Positions 47,942 to 57,907 of a stretch of 64,000 nt of DNA are shown piece by piece; within the stretch, counting starts at the first letter, position 1, and each line of letters begins with the position of its first letter. The translations under genes were made by a program, and so were the position numbers. Source of the DNA: an uncultured virus (IMG/VR IMGVR_UViG_3300035698_029539) (taxonomy: Duplodnaviria > Heunggongvirae > Uroviricota > Caudoviricetes); IMG/VR virus record IMGVR_UViG_3300035698_029539; one strand, 5' to 3'. The notes beneath the pieces are model-generated. The model ran no database searches. It had not been told where the DNA came from and saw only the letters and a program-made list of their open reading frames with translations.

Positions 47942-48476
47942 AATAACATCCCAATTTTTCTCCGTTTTACCAAAGCAACCACGCAAACTATTCCAATTAC
48001 ATAAACTATACCCCAATCTGGAACGCTCAACTCCTTCTCCTGCCATACTCCAGTTTCATTCTGCCATTTTATCTTCGTAATGTCCATGCTGTAATATTCG
48101 TAGTATTCATCAGACATAAAATCCTCATACTCATTAATGGCCTTCTCCTCAATCTTTTCCGTGTTGTTTATAATATAGGATTGAGTATAATCTTCAGCTA
48201 TTACAGCGATTGCATCTGCCGTGTAATATTTGTGACCATTACAAGTGAATTCAAAATTCATAGTTTGATTGTCAATGGTAATTACGTCCACACTAAAATC
48301 CTCAAAGTAGCGCTACCGCCATAATAAGTTCCACGGTTTCCCGTTCCTCCCCTACCACCGCTTCCACCTCCCTTGGCAGAAGCCAATGGAAGCAATGCAA
48401 CAATCAAGATTATGCCCATTATCATAAATAATGATAATATCATAATAAAATCATCGTAGTCAATTTGTTTTTTCAT
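47938..48476 (-). pseudogene. Fourth SPFH-like surface protein split by a 1-nt frameshift near 48311 (or sequencing error)
   Basis: Signal-peptide half (ATG 48476, GGTGA RBS) joins RYFEDFSVDVITIDN...VPDWG-TM-KRRK in the -1 frame. Confidence 0.55.
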
Positions 48477-48744
48477 TTTTTTCACCTGTATCACAGCAAC
48501 TATCGTTATAAAATCTTCCGCATTTTTCGCACCTATTCGGTTTGATACCATCACCCGCCTTAATCCTTACCACTCTACCAATAAACCTCGCAATGTCAAA
48601 GCTTCTTTGTTTAGCACAAACTCGGCAATATATTTCATTTTCACCATCGTCGACATCGTCAATAGGAAAAACATATGCCTTCTTTGGAAGTTCTTTAAAA
48701 CACTTTATACAATATTTCATTTTTTTCACCTCAAGTAGCACCAA
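48460..48744 (-). CDS. Zinc-finger protein
   Basis: CIKC, CRVC, CEKC. Confidence 0.65.
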   Translation of the reverse strand: MVLLEVKKMKYCIKCFKELPKKAYVFPIDDVDDGENEIYCRVCAKQRSFDIARFIGRVVRIKAGDGIKPNRCEKCGRFYNDSCCDTGEKNEKTN

Positions 48745-49154
48745 TTCCCAATAGCACCAATACTCCCGAATTCTTGCTGTAGCTTTTTTTCAATTTTTTT
48801 CGCCAATTCTTCAATCGTTACATAGTATACAAGTTTACCCGTATCCATAACCACTATTTCCTTATACCATTTTATGATTTCAAAATATACACTCATAATT
48901 CGCCTAAATGAACGAACATCCATTTTTTCATAAATCACGTCTGTTACATAACATACACATTTAGTAGAATGAATTTTTCTTCCATTAAAAGATACTGGAA
49001 AACCGCACCAATTACAGTTAATATAATTTTCTTTTGTTCCTTTTTTAGATATATCCCACCAATCCGTTAAAATTTTTAGAATATCTTTAATTCTATATTC
49101 TAATAATACCTCCTCGGTTTCTGCATCATCCTCTTTCCATCCACGGTCTATCAT
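48726..49154 (-). CDS. Hypothetical protein starting MIDRGWKED
   Basis: GGGTGA RBS, CNWC..H..C. Confidence 0.7.
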   Translation of the reverse strand: MIDRGWKEDDAETEEVLLEYRIKDILKILTDWWDISKKGTKENYINCNWCGFPVSFNGRKIHSTKCVCYVTDVIYEKMDVRSFRRIMSVYFEIIKWYKEIVVMDTGKLVYYVTIEELAKKIEKKLQQEFGSIGAIGNWCYLR

Positions 49155-49461
49155 TATTCACCCATATAAATATTCCAAATAAACGGCCACTGACATAAAT
49201 ACCACATAAATCAATAAAGTAGTTATAATTGCTGTACTAATCTTAATTCTCATAATTTTTCTCCCATTCTGCTATAATATGATAAATATTCAAATCAACT
49301 TTCATCATACTTATTTTTTTCGGACCTGACCTTAATATTATATGCTTTCCTTTTGATTGCACATTTATATAATCATTAACTTCAACCCTATCACTATAAG
49401 GTGCTTCGATTTCTATCCTTTCAATAATCTTTCTCTTTATCTTCATATGCCTCAAAAATCC

Positions 49462-50934
49462 TTAGAAAAATTTATCTGCATGCTCAAACTTGAATCCACA
49501 CCGCTTGGCGAATGTTTTATCAAGCGTCTGGTCACCAACCATGATACACTTACTCGGGTCCAACTTGTATTTACAAATTAACCAAGCACCCATGCCTGGG
49601 TGTGGTTTCCTACAATAACACGTCACTGGTGGAACCTTATGAGGACAAAATACATAATCAATATCATATCCAAGTAATTCGTTGGTTCTATCAAAACATT
49701 CTATTGCCTTTCCTATCGGTAATCCTTTAGCTATCGGAGCCTGATTTGAAGCACCCAACAGTAAATATCCCCTTCTCGCATATTCCCCTATCGTTCCGCT
49801 CCTGTTAGGTAATATCTTAACATCATCCACCTTCTGAGGCCACTTCTCATCACCAACACTCTCCCTAACCGTACCATCATAATCAAGAATCAAAGCCTTA
49901 TTTTTATAATCACTCGAATATACCCTCACAAAATTCCTTGTCTCAACACCATCAAATCCCTCAGCCGTTGTAGGTTTCTGAAATTTCTTTCTGTATGAAA
50001 ACAATGCCACTGGAGGAAACAAATTCGGGTCTTTCAGTTTGGCAAAATCTTCTGGCTGTAATAATCTACCAGTCTTTTCTATCATCCGAAAACACGCATT
50101 CAATTGAGCATCCTCAAAAGATGTTTTTAGCCAAACACACTTAATCCGAGCACTCAAATTGTGCGCAGCCTCAATAATCCCTGCCCTACTCACCCTATCA
50201 GGATATGTATTATCCAACACAATTAGCCTATTTCCAGCCGAAAGTGCATTCCTCGCCAATTCAGCCTGCCCCTGTATCGAACCACCAGTCTCATCACGAT
50301 TAATACGATAATAACCCTTATCCACAAACTCCTTTACAAGAGTCGATTTACCCGCAGCGTTATATCCCATAATAATAACTACTTCGCTCTCATCACTAAC
50401 ACTCACATCCTGTTTTAAATCAGCTTCACTCACTATATCGTCATCTTTAGTTTCCCCAGGATGATAATACCCCTCATCATCAAAAGCCAATTCTCGCTTA
50501 TATTCAAAACCACATCCCACCAGATAATTATGATAATCTTCAAGCGAACCCTCAACGTAATTTCGGTGTTCATAAACACTATCCATCGTATCAATTAATC
50601 CATAACCACTTAAAAAAGAATTTAAGTCCCCCGTATCATCCATGCAGTGATGCCTTATCCAATATTTTTCAGACACCATAGTTGCCACAGCATAATTCTC
50701 ATCATCGCCAAGATTCAACGGACCAACACAGAAAAATATTTTCTTTGAAGGCTTCGATATATCATCAATAGATATTATCTTCGGTAAGTCATAATCTTGC
50801 ACTTTGTCCTGCTTCAATAAATCATCCACCACTCCCTCAATATCACCCTCAAGCTTATCCGACAATTCCTCGTCACCAATTAACGAATCCAAAACCATCT
50901 CAACTATTATTTTTTTCTTTACCATTACAATCAC
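49462..50934 (-). CDS. Polynucleotide 5'-kinase/3'-phosphatase with extra N-terminal domain
   Basis: GYNAAGKS, RINRD, VLDNT kinase motifs; LDYDGT, SNQ, CRKP.PGM, MVGD..D HAD motifs. Confidence 0.88.
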   Translation of the reverse strand: MIVMVKKKIIVEMVLDSLIGDEELSDKLEGDIEGVVDDLLKQDKVQDYDLPKIISIDDISKPSKKIFFCVGPLNLGDDENYAVATMVSEKYWIRHHCMDDTGDLNSFLSGYGLIDTMDSVYEHRNYVEGSLEDYHNYLVGCGFEYKRELAFDDEGYYHPGETKDDDIVSEADLKQDVSVSDESEVVIIMGYNAAGKSTLVKEFVDKGYYRINRDETGGSIQGQAELARNALSAGNRLIVLDNTYPDRVSRAGIIEAAHNLSARIKCVWLKTSFEDAQLNACFRMIEKTGRLLQPEDFAKLKDPNLFPPVALFSYRKKFQKPTTAEGFDGVETRNFVRVYSSDYKNKALILDYDGTVRESVGDEKWPQKVDDVKILPNRSGTIGEYARRGYLLLGASNQAPIAKGLPIGKAIECFDRTNELLGYDIDYVFCPHKVPPVTCYCRKPHPGMGAWLICKYKLDPSKCIMVGDQTLDKTFAKRCGFKFEHADKFF

Positions 50935-51177
50935 ACCTATACATGAAGCTCCATTCCACCAAACTTGTCGCAGCTAATATTCTTCCCGTACCCATCTCTA
51001 AACAATTCAATAGCCACACGAATCACAGTATGAAGCTCCAACCCACAACAAAGATAAAGAGAAGTACACTCCGTTTTATAAGTTTTCTTGCTTCAGCAAT
51101 GCATTTTACCATCCTTTCTGAAATTTGTTCATCTTCCATGTTACCACATACCTATATACTATTGGAAGTATAAATAA

Positions 51178-51561
51178 CTATTGCCTTTTTTTATAATTGC
51201 AATCCTGTAATCCTACATATTCAAATCCCGTAATATTCGACAATAAGTCCGCAAATGAATGGCAACTCGCAAAGTTACTAAACATCACACTTGCACAAAA
51301 AATCTCAAAAGTTTCTTCATCATCCGGTTCATGCCCAATCATAACACCATATTCTTTTTCATTTGCAGTTTTATATATCCATATTTCAACGCTTTTTCCT
51401 TTATTTTTCATATTAAGGTGTAATTCGTAATCAAACGAATCCCAATACATATGAAAACCGTCATTTTTAATCGTATCCCAAATCAAATCTTTGCTAATCT
51501 CTTTTGTTCGAGTTCGCATCTGATTTATCAAAACCGCTATTTCATCTTCTTTGTTTTCCAT
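51178..51561 (-). CDS. Hypothetical protein
   Basis: 127-aa ORF in chain. Confidence 0.6.
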   Translation of the reverse strand: MENKEDEIAVLINQMRTRTKEISKDLIWDTIKNDGFHMYWDSFDYELHLNMKNKGKSVEIWIYKTANEKEYGVMIGHEPDDEETFEIFCASVMFSNFASCHSFADLLSNITGFEYVGLQDCNYKKRQ

Positions 51562-51575
51562 ATTTATCCCTAATC

Positions 51576-51833
51576 CTATATCGCCATATTAAGCCAAGAA
51601 GCCTTCCACTCAAACCATCCAAATCGTCCCATTTCAGCGACCTCATCTTCGGTCATTTTAGCAACGGTCTTTACAAAGTCACTGACATATATATCATCGT
51701 CTTCAGCATAAATATTCATATCATCATCATCATCATATTTATATAAAATAGACAACCCTCTAAAAATTCGGTTTTTTAACGATAAATCCGTTACCATTTC
51801 ACCAAGCATTATTTTTGCATCTTCAATTTCCAT
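51576..51833 (-). CDS. Hypothetical acidic protein
   Basis: 85-aa ORF, GGGGTGA RBS. Confidence 0.65.
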   Translation of the reverse strand: MEIEDAKIMLGEMVTDLSLKNRIFRGLSILYKYDDDDDMNIYAEDDDIYVSDFVKTVAKMTEDEVAEMGRFGWFEWKASWLNMAI

Positions 51834-51858
51834 TATATTTCACCCCCTCTATTTTATA

Positions 51859-52050
51859 TCATCGCATCCTTTTTAATAATAGACGGATTGAAATAATAAT
51901 AAATACGACAGCAACAACTATTGACACTGCCACAAAAATATTTGGATTTTCACTGTCCCAACCTAATTTATCACAAATGTCGTTTATTGACGTACCAAGT
52001 AACATACTCGATGCTACTAAGAATCCAAAAAGCTTATATTTGCTTATCAT
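51859..52050 (-). CDS. Small membrane protein
   Basis: Hydrophobic helices, ATGA coupling to the ligase gene. Confidence 0.55.
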   Translation of the reverse strand: MISKYKLFGFLVASSMLLGTSINDICDKLGWDSENPNIFVAVSIVVAVVFIIISIRLLLKRMR

Positions 52051-53543
52051 ATCACCTTCACCCCCCTTCGGCCTCGTCCAGATATTATACCCTGAGTTCT
52101 CAGAAGCTTACTGTTGTGCTTGTGAAAATGAATCATTTTCAAAATATCGTAATGTTCGATTTTGTTGCCAATTTCGTACTTGTCATATATTTCCTTTTTG
52201 ACCCTTAACGGTGAAACATCCTGTTCCGCAGTACTTTTGGATATCCTTTCAGTCATTTCCATTCCTAACTTCAAGATATAGAATTCCTCGTCATATTTTC
52301 CCGATTTATCTTTACCCTGAACAGCATATTTCTTTTCAACCGTATAGACTTCCTCTATGTATTCGTTCCACAGATATGAAAAGACCTTTCCCGATATTTT
52401 CCTTTCAAGCTTCTTACCAAAATGCCTCATGCATTCTCCCCTATCAAATAAGATATCAAACTTGAATTTATTGTAATCCCCAAACAGCATCGCCTTGGTC
52501 TTTCGCTCGAAAAATACCTCATCCATCATTTTCAAAATCCTGTATCGGCTGTTTTCGATTATCTGCTCCAGATATTCCTCCAAAAGCAGGTCTTTAACCA
52601 ATTCATACTCAGGAGTATCTACCTCTTCATAAGCGTTTATAATTGTTATATAAATCGAATGAGCCGGAATCTTTTTCGGAGACCAATGTACCTCTAAAAC
52701 CAAATCAGGTTTACATTTATACATATCGCCACTTTCGCTCACAATGTACCAGACCTGTCCTTCCATTCCATCCAGGCTATCATCTTCTTCATTCTTGGTA
52801 ATGTTTGCATTCAAATAATCCCGCATCTCCTCGTAAACCTCATCAAATTTATTTTCCGACCTGAATGTCCTAAACAATCTCGGTACAGGTAGCCCGTCAA
52901 GTTCCATCTGCTCAGGACTTAATATCCTGTCTGGCGTAATCCCAAAAATTACAACCATGTCCAACAAGTCAGCGTAATTTACCAGAATATGGTTTCGCTT
53001 TCCATACATCTCAAATGCCATATTACAATCGTTCTTTCTGATAACAGTAGGAATCTGAGGATACTTGACCAACATCTCCTTCCACATATTTCCAAAATCA
53101 CCATATTTAGATTCTTTCAGAAAAGGATTCATTCTCGTTTTGTAACTGATAAAAGAATTTCCATCAGCATCAAAATATGTAAAAGCCGTTACGTTTGTTC
53201 CATCGAACTTCTCCCATACCTGAATCTCATGGTCAAATTCCAAATCCTTTTTTAATTTCCCATCAACGTCATGAGGATATCTAAGTTTAGGAGTACAGTA
53301 AATCCACTGGTCACATTCAACGCCATTAACGTGAGTTATGTTCAAAGCCCCATAAGTACGTCCCGACGGCTTTCTCTGAAGGTATCCCCTAACTATGTTA
53401 TCAGGATTGAATGGGTCACGCTCGTCGAATTCCTTTATCCCCTTTGCCAGCATCTTCTGACCATCTTCGCCCAATATCAATTCCCCTGTATCTGGGTCTT
53501 CTCTGTATCCAACCTTAAATATCGGTTCTTTTATTATTTCCAT
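52047..53543 (-). CDS. ATP-dependent RNA ligase-like nucleotidyltransferase
   Basis: TPKLRY, EKFDGTN (motif I), FEMYG (III), EGQV (IV), YKCK (V). Confidence 0.8.
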   Translation of the reverse strand: MEIIKEPIFKVGYREDPDTGELILGEDGQKMLAKGIKEFDERDPFNPDNIVRGYLQRKPSGRTYGALNITHVNGVECDQWIYCTPKLRYPHDVDGKLKKDLEFDHEIQVWEKFDGTNVTAFTYFDADGNSFISYKTRMNPFLKESKYGDFGNMWKEMLVKYPQIPTVIRKNDCNMAFEMYGKRNHILVNYADLLDMVVIFGITPDRILSPEQMELDGLPVPRLFRTFRSENKFDEVYEEMRDYLNANITKNEEDDSLDGMEGQVWYIVSESGDMYKCKPDLVLEVHWSPKKIPAHSIYITIINAYEEVDTPEYELVKDLLLEEYLEQIIENSRYRILKMMDEVFFERKTKAMLFGDYNKFKFDILFDRGECMRHFGKKLERKISGKVFSYLWNEYIEEVYTVEKKYAVQGKDKSGKYDEEFYILKLGMEMTERISKSTAEQDVSPLRVKKEIYDKYEIGNKIEHYDILKMIHFHKHNSKLLRTQGIISGRGRRGVKVI

Positions 53544-53548
53544 TCAAA

Positions 53549-53767
53549 TCACTTCCATGAAATTTTAATTTCAATATCTTTTAGAATTGAAATTTCGTCT
53601 CCTAATTCCTCGCTGCCTATTTCCCCCGTACCATCTGGATGTTGTTGATACCACTTAAAAGGTAAAATTCCCTGAATTTCATAAACATCATCAAGACCAA
53701 GATTCTCACCCTTCCTGAATGTGTAAGTTACTGACTTTTTTAATCTTTTTGTTTTCATTATCACCAC
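53549..53767 (-). CDS. Hypothetical protein
   Basis: 72-aa ORF in chain. Confidence 0.55.
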   Translation of the reverse strand: MVIMKTKRLKKSVTYTFRKGENLGLDDVYEIQGILPFKWYQQHPDGTGEIGSEELGDEISILKDIEIKISWK

Positions 53768-54612
53768 TCCATTCTCTTAATTTCTTTTTTATCATATTTA
53801 TTTCCAACTATCTCAATATCAATATCCAAATCATCACCCATTTCATTAAACTCAAATTCAAATTCTTTATCTGCAATATTCATTAATTTTAATCTGTAAT
53901 CGTGCCATACCACACGGTAAATATTATCATCAATTTTTACATGGTCATTTTGGCAAATACGCTTTCCATTTACATCCAGACTTCCGCTAAATATATCTCT
54001 GGAAATTACTATTCGACCAGCACCTCCACGAGGATGGCTCATGTGGCGCATATCGGAAAGACAAACAAACTCCTCGATAGCATCGTCTGCCCCCGCTGTA
54101 TATGACGACGACAATCTCTCTCTAAATAGAATATCTCTGTCCCCTTCACCTTCCACACGCTTTACTTCCTCCCGATGCCAATCCCGACTCAATTCATCGC
54201 CACTTTTACTTGTGTTTTCAACGTTTCCTGACGAATGCATCCACATACTACACTCATTTATATATTCGACATCTTTACCACAAAATTTACATTTGCCATT
54301 ATCTGGATAAATCAACATTCCATCCATATCAGTACAAATCTTTGAACTCGGATACGCACCCTTGCCATTACCACAAATACTCGACCCACCGTCATGATGA
54401 CGCCAAGCCTTATTCCCATGATAATATATTCGCCCCCCACAATTATGGCATTTATCATAAATCATACAATACCTATATAGGATAGCGAGTATATATAATT
54501 TATTACGATTTTTACATCCGTGTTTTACCTTTGCCACCCATGCAACTTCTTGCATATGTATAGCCTTCCACCATATACTTGCAAACAGAATTATGGCATA
54601 CAAAACCATCAA
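53761..54612 (-). CDS. Zn-finger repeat protein with YopX-like C-terminus (true start probably ~54463)
   Basis: CHNC..W.H, CKFC..W.H; DVNGKRICQNDHV..IEIVGNKYD. Confidence 0.6.
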   Translation of the reverse strand: MMVLYAIILFASIWWKAIHMQEVAWVAKVKHGCKNRNKLYILAILYRYCMIYDKCHNCGGRIYYHGNKAWRHHDGGSSICGNGKGAYPSSKICTDMDGMLIYPDNGKCKFCGKDVEYINECSMWMHSSGNVENTSKSGDELSRDWHREEVKRVEGEGDRDILFRERLSSSYTAGADDAIEEFVCLSDMRHMSHPRGGAGRIVISRDIFSGSLDVNGKRICQNDHVKIDDNIYRVVWHDYRLKLMNIADKEFEFEFNEMGDDLDIDIEIVGNKYDKKEIKRMEW

Positions 54613-54656
54613 AAGTCACACATTTACATTTCGGGCATTTTGAAATCATAACCATA

Positions 54657-55109
54657 TTATTCATCCCTGAACTTTAAAACCCTATTAACCAATTTATCAT
54701 CGTAATCCCCTAAATCAAAAATCTCAAACCAACGCAAAAGAGCCTTTTTCAAAGTGTGAGGACTCATCGACATTAGCTCTTTTAAAAATGCTATCACATC
54801 GCCATCCTCACCCAGCTTTTCACATTCCAACAACGAATCATACATTTTCAATAGTCTGAGAATATCCTCTTTATCCCACGCTAATATAAAATTCCAAATC
54901 CTATTGTCATTATTGTGATTGTCTATAAAATCTATAATCTTTTCTATATCATGTGGCGATTTATTTTTCATAAAATTCTTTAATCGTCTTTCACGTTCAC
55001 CATCAACTGTAGATATTCCACCAGTAGCTGTTACGTTTAATATATCATAATCGAAAAAAGGCGTAGCTATATTAGTAGCATCCATATTATTAATCCAAGG
55101 TGAAGGCAT
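54657..55109 (-). CDS. Helical paralog family member A
   Basis: IEKIIDFI, F..L..M..LKKAL..W shared with neighbours. Confidence 0.7.
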   Translation of the reverse strand: MPSPWINNMDATNIATPFFDYDILNVTATGGISTVDGERERRLKNFMKNKSPHDIEKIIDFIDNHNNDNRIWNFILAWDKEDILRLLKMYDSLLECEKLGEDGDVIAFLKELMSMSPHTLKKALLRWFEIFDLGDYDDKLVNRVLKFRDE

Positions 55110-55110
55110 A

Positions 55111-55887
55111 TCAATCCCTGAAGTCTAATTGTCGACCATCATTATTACTTTTTTCCTTCATATGTGCTTCCATCCAAGATAATAACCCTTTTTTCAATGC
55201 TTCTTTATTTCCAGGCTTGTTTATATCTGCTAACATTTCAAAAAATATATGTACCTCATCTGCAGATTTTTTCACACACAAATGACGATACAATAGTAAA
55301 ATTTCCTTAATAACCGTCCAATCTTTACTCAAATTTCCAATCGTATAAGCACCAAACATTTTCAAAAAATTCGATGTCTGTTTAAGAGTCTCCAAAGTTT
55401 CCCCCTCTTTCATACATGACATCACATCTTTTAGTTGCGGCCAATCTCTTGCAAAAAAGTCGACCATTATCATAAAATTCTCATCATGAAAAGTATCCAT
55501 ACACTCAATTATACGCTCCATTTCCTCAGTCGGCTTATTCAAAAAAACTTCCATTACATCCTTATTTTTCATAGTCATCCATTTTTTAAAAAACGCTGTT
55601 AATTTCGACGACGGATATGTACTCAAAAATCTAAAAGTATCCTTTATCTCATCATCAGCCATATCGCAAAATATATCATCTATCCTCTTCAATCTCGCAT
55701 CCGAAATAACATCGTCAGATACCCCACCACTCTCAGCCAAAAACTCGCAAACCCTACTCGTTATATCCTTTGCCATCATATCTGCTTGTTCGTCAGACAG
55801 AGTGAGCTTCATAGCTCTTTTAGCCTCAGTAGAACACATAACACCCGAACCATTATTATAGCTTGGCATCTTCAAGTCTCCCCTCAA
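55111..55887 (-). CDS. Helical paralog family member B
   Basis: LY..LC.KK..D...FF..LAD.....LKKGL.SW. Confidence 0.7.
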   Translation of the reverse strand: MRGDLKMPSYNNGSGVMCSTEAKRAMKLTLSDEQADMMAKDITSRVCEFLAESGGVSDDVISDARLKRIDDIFCDMADDEIKDTFRFLSTYPSSKLTAFFKKWMTMKNKDVMEVFLNKPTEEMERIIECMDTFHDENFMIMVDFFARDWPQLKDVMSCMKEGETLETLKQTSNFLKMFGAYTIGNLSKDWTVIKEILLLYRHLCVKKSADEVHIFFEMLADINKPGNKEALKKGLLSWMEAHMKEKSNNDGRQLDFRD

Positions 55888-56690
55888 AATAATCTCCTCT
55901 CATTATAACTTTCATTCTCATCATCCCCATTTGAACTATCAAACCAATTACTCATTATACGTTTGAATTCCGAATTACCCTTCCTATCCATATCAGCCAA
56001 TCCCTTGAAAAATCTGTAGGCATCACCCCTATTTTTTCTATCGCAAATATATCCGTATAATTCTAAAAACGATTTTAAATTTTCAGCACCAACACCGTTT
56101 GCCATTTTGAACATATCGCCCTTTTCAAACAAAGCAAATGCACTCATGAAATTCCCGATAATATGAGCCAATCGTTTTCCAGCAAATTTGTGTTCATAAA
56201 ATAAATCCATTATCTCAATCATCTGCTCATAATGCTTCTCATCGAACAAATCCACAAGTACACCCATTGGATGCTTCTCTAAAAACTTGTAAACTTTTCT
56301 TACATCTTTACTCTCCCAACCACCAAATATAGTTTCCAAAGTATCCAACGTCCGCACAGTATTGGTCCATCCCCCTAATGTAGCAAGTTTATCATAACTA
56401 TCATCAAACATATCAAAATATTTTATTACATCCCTAATATGATGTTTCTTACAACCTTTAAAAATTTCTTTTAACTTCATCAATCTTTTATACTCCGCAA
56501 TATCCTTTCGTGCCGCCTTTTTAGTACCATTACAAACAGGACATTGACAATCCTTTCGTATTTCAACCTCACTCTTGAATCTAATATCCAACTCCTCGCC
56601 AAACATATCTTGGACAGTATCCAACAAATCCCATTTGTCCATGTCTTTGTAATTACAAATACCTGAATCTTCCCAATCACTGTTGACCAT
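55884..56690 (-). CDS. Helical paralog family member C with CxxCxG motif
   Basis: CPVCNGT; LY.YIC.RK..DA..FF..LADM. Confidence 0.7.
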   Translation of the reverse strand: MVNSDWEDSGICNYKDMDKWDLLDTVQDMFGEELDIRFKSEVEIRKDCQCPVCNGTKKAARKDIAEYKRLMKLKEIFKGCKKHHIRDVIKYFDMFDDSYDKLATLGGWTNTVRTLDTLETIFGGWESKDVRKVYKFLEKHPMGVLVDLFDEKHYEQMIEIMDLFYEHKFAGKRLAHIIGNFMSAFALFEKGDMFKMANGVGAENLKSFLELYGYICDRKNRGDAYRFFKGLADMDRKGNSEFKRIMSNWFDSSNGDDENESYNERRLF

Positions 56691-56694
56691 ATCG

Positions 56695-57201
56695 TCACCT
56701 GAAAATCAATTTTCTGCCTTCATCCTCGTCCTCATCCTTATCATATACTTTCAACCAACCCTTCAATGCCTTTTCAAATTTGCCAGGACTATTTGCTCGC
56801 ATGTCCACCATATAAACGAAAAATTCATGAGCATCTTCCATCATTTGCCAATTTCCCATATCATCAGAATGCTCCCTATAAACATTTATAAAATCTATTA
56901 TACGCTTTATCTCATCAGCAGTTCTGCCCTCAAACGCATGTATCACATCTCTCGCCTGTTCAAATTCCCGTATGCCCATTTCATGCGCCATTCCAACACC
57001 CTGACAAGAAGGACACGGCTTATCCTTTATCCATCTCTTATCAACTTCTTCTGGCTCTTTTTCAGGAGAAGTAATATATTCATCGTAAAATCTCAATATT
57101 TCAGGTCCAGTAGTCGAATATTCTGAAATTCCAGAAACTAAATCACATAAATCTGTTGTTTTCATATGATAAGGTTGATATTTATATTCCAAAGGTTGCA
57201 T
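56695..57201 (-). CDS. Helical paralog family member D with CxxCxGxG motif
   Basis: CPSCQGVG; IKRIIDFI, DAHEFF..FEKALKGW. Confidence 0.7.
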   Translation of the reverse strand: MQPLEYKYQPYHMKTTDLCDLVSGISEYSTTGPEILRFYDEYITSPEKEPEEVDKRWIKDKPCPSCQGVGMAHEMGIREFEQARDVIHAFEGRTADEIKRIIDFINVYREHSDDMGNWQMMEDAHEFFVYMVDMRANSPGKFEKALKGWLKVYDKDEDEDEGRKLIFR

Positions 57202-57216
57202 ATCATCATCTCCACA

Positions 57217-57522
57217 TTACATATCATCCCAATAATCTGAACTTTGCCTTCGCCAAGATGTGCTTACCAAATCAGGAGATGTAGGAGATACTCCATCATT
57301 TCCTCCGTTTCTTCCCTTGTGGACCTCACATCCACAAAGAGGACAGGTAAAACATTTGAAAAATTCAAGTTTTTCAATACCGAAAGGAATATCAACTCCT
57401 TCCACAAGATTGAAGCAATTATCGCATATTGTATTGGCTTTATAGGTTACTACCTTAACTTCCACTTTTGAACCCTTACCATCAATATCTAATATCCTAT
57501 CTATCGGCATCGGACTTGCCAT
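57217..57522 (-). CDS. Zinc-ribbon protein
   Basis: CDNC, CPLCGC; GGAGGT RBS. Confidence 0.65.
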   Translation of the reverse strand: MASPMPIDRILDIDGKGSKVEVKVVTYKANTICDNCFNLVEGVDIPFGIEKLEFFKCFTCPLCGCEVHKGRNGGNDGVSPTSPDLVSTSWRRQSSDYWDDM

Positions 57523-57532
57523 TTTTTACCTC

Positions 57533-57907
57533 CTACAAATAAACATTCTTTGTTATAACAGAACCCTTTTCCTTATTACATTCTCCAGAATATATATCCC
57601 AAGCCTCGCTACAACTCATCTCATCTACATCATCATATTCTTCATCATAATCAGAACTTGGTGGCATTTTGCCATCGTAATCGGGGTCCATACCTTCAAA
57701 ATTATCATTCCCACCAGCATCTGAATATGTCGAAAAAATCATAACCTCGTTGCCCATGAAAATCTCTTCGCCTGGTTCCATTTCCTTTACCACCGCTTTT
57801 ATATAACCATGAACCCTGCCCAACACTCGCTCATGTGCCGCCTTCGTTATGACCAATACAAAACTCGAACTACTCGAATTGCTTACAAATCCTTTTCGTA
57901 TCTTCAT
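57533..57907 (-). CDS. MKIRxGFVSNSSSSSF-motif protein
   Basis: Distinctive N-terminus, recalled from phage hypothetical proteins. Confidence 0.75.
   Translation of the reverse strand: MKIRKGFVSNSSSSSFVLVITKAAHERVLGRVHGYIKAVVKEMEPGEEIFMGNEVMIFSTYSDAGGNDNFEGMDPDYDGKMPPSSDYDEEYDDVDEMSCSEAWDIYSGECNKEKGSVITKNVYL

Noticed and set aside
51719..51737. (TCA)n microsatellite
   Set aside because: Only encodes a short Asp run
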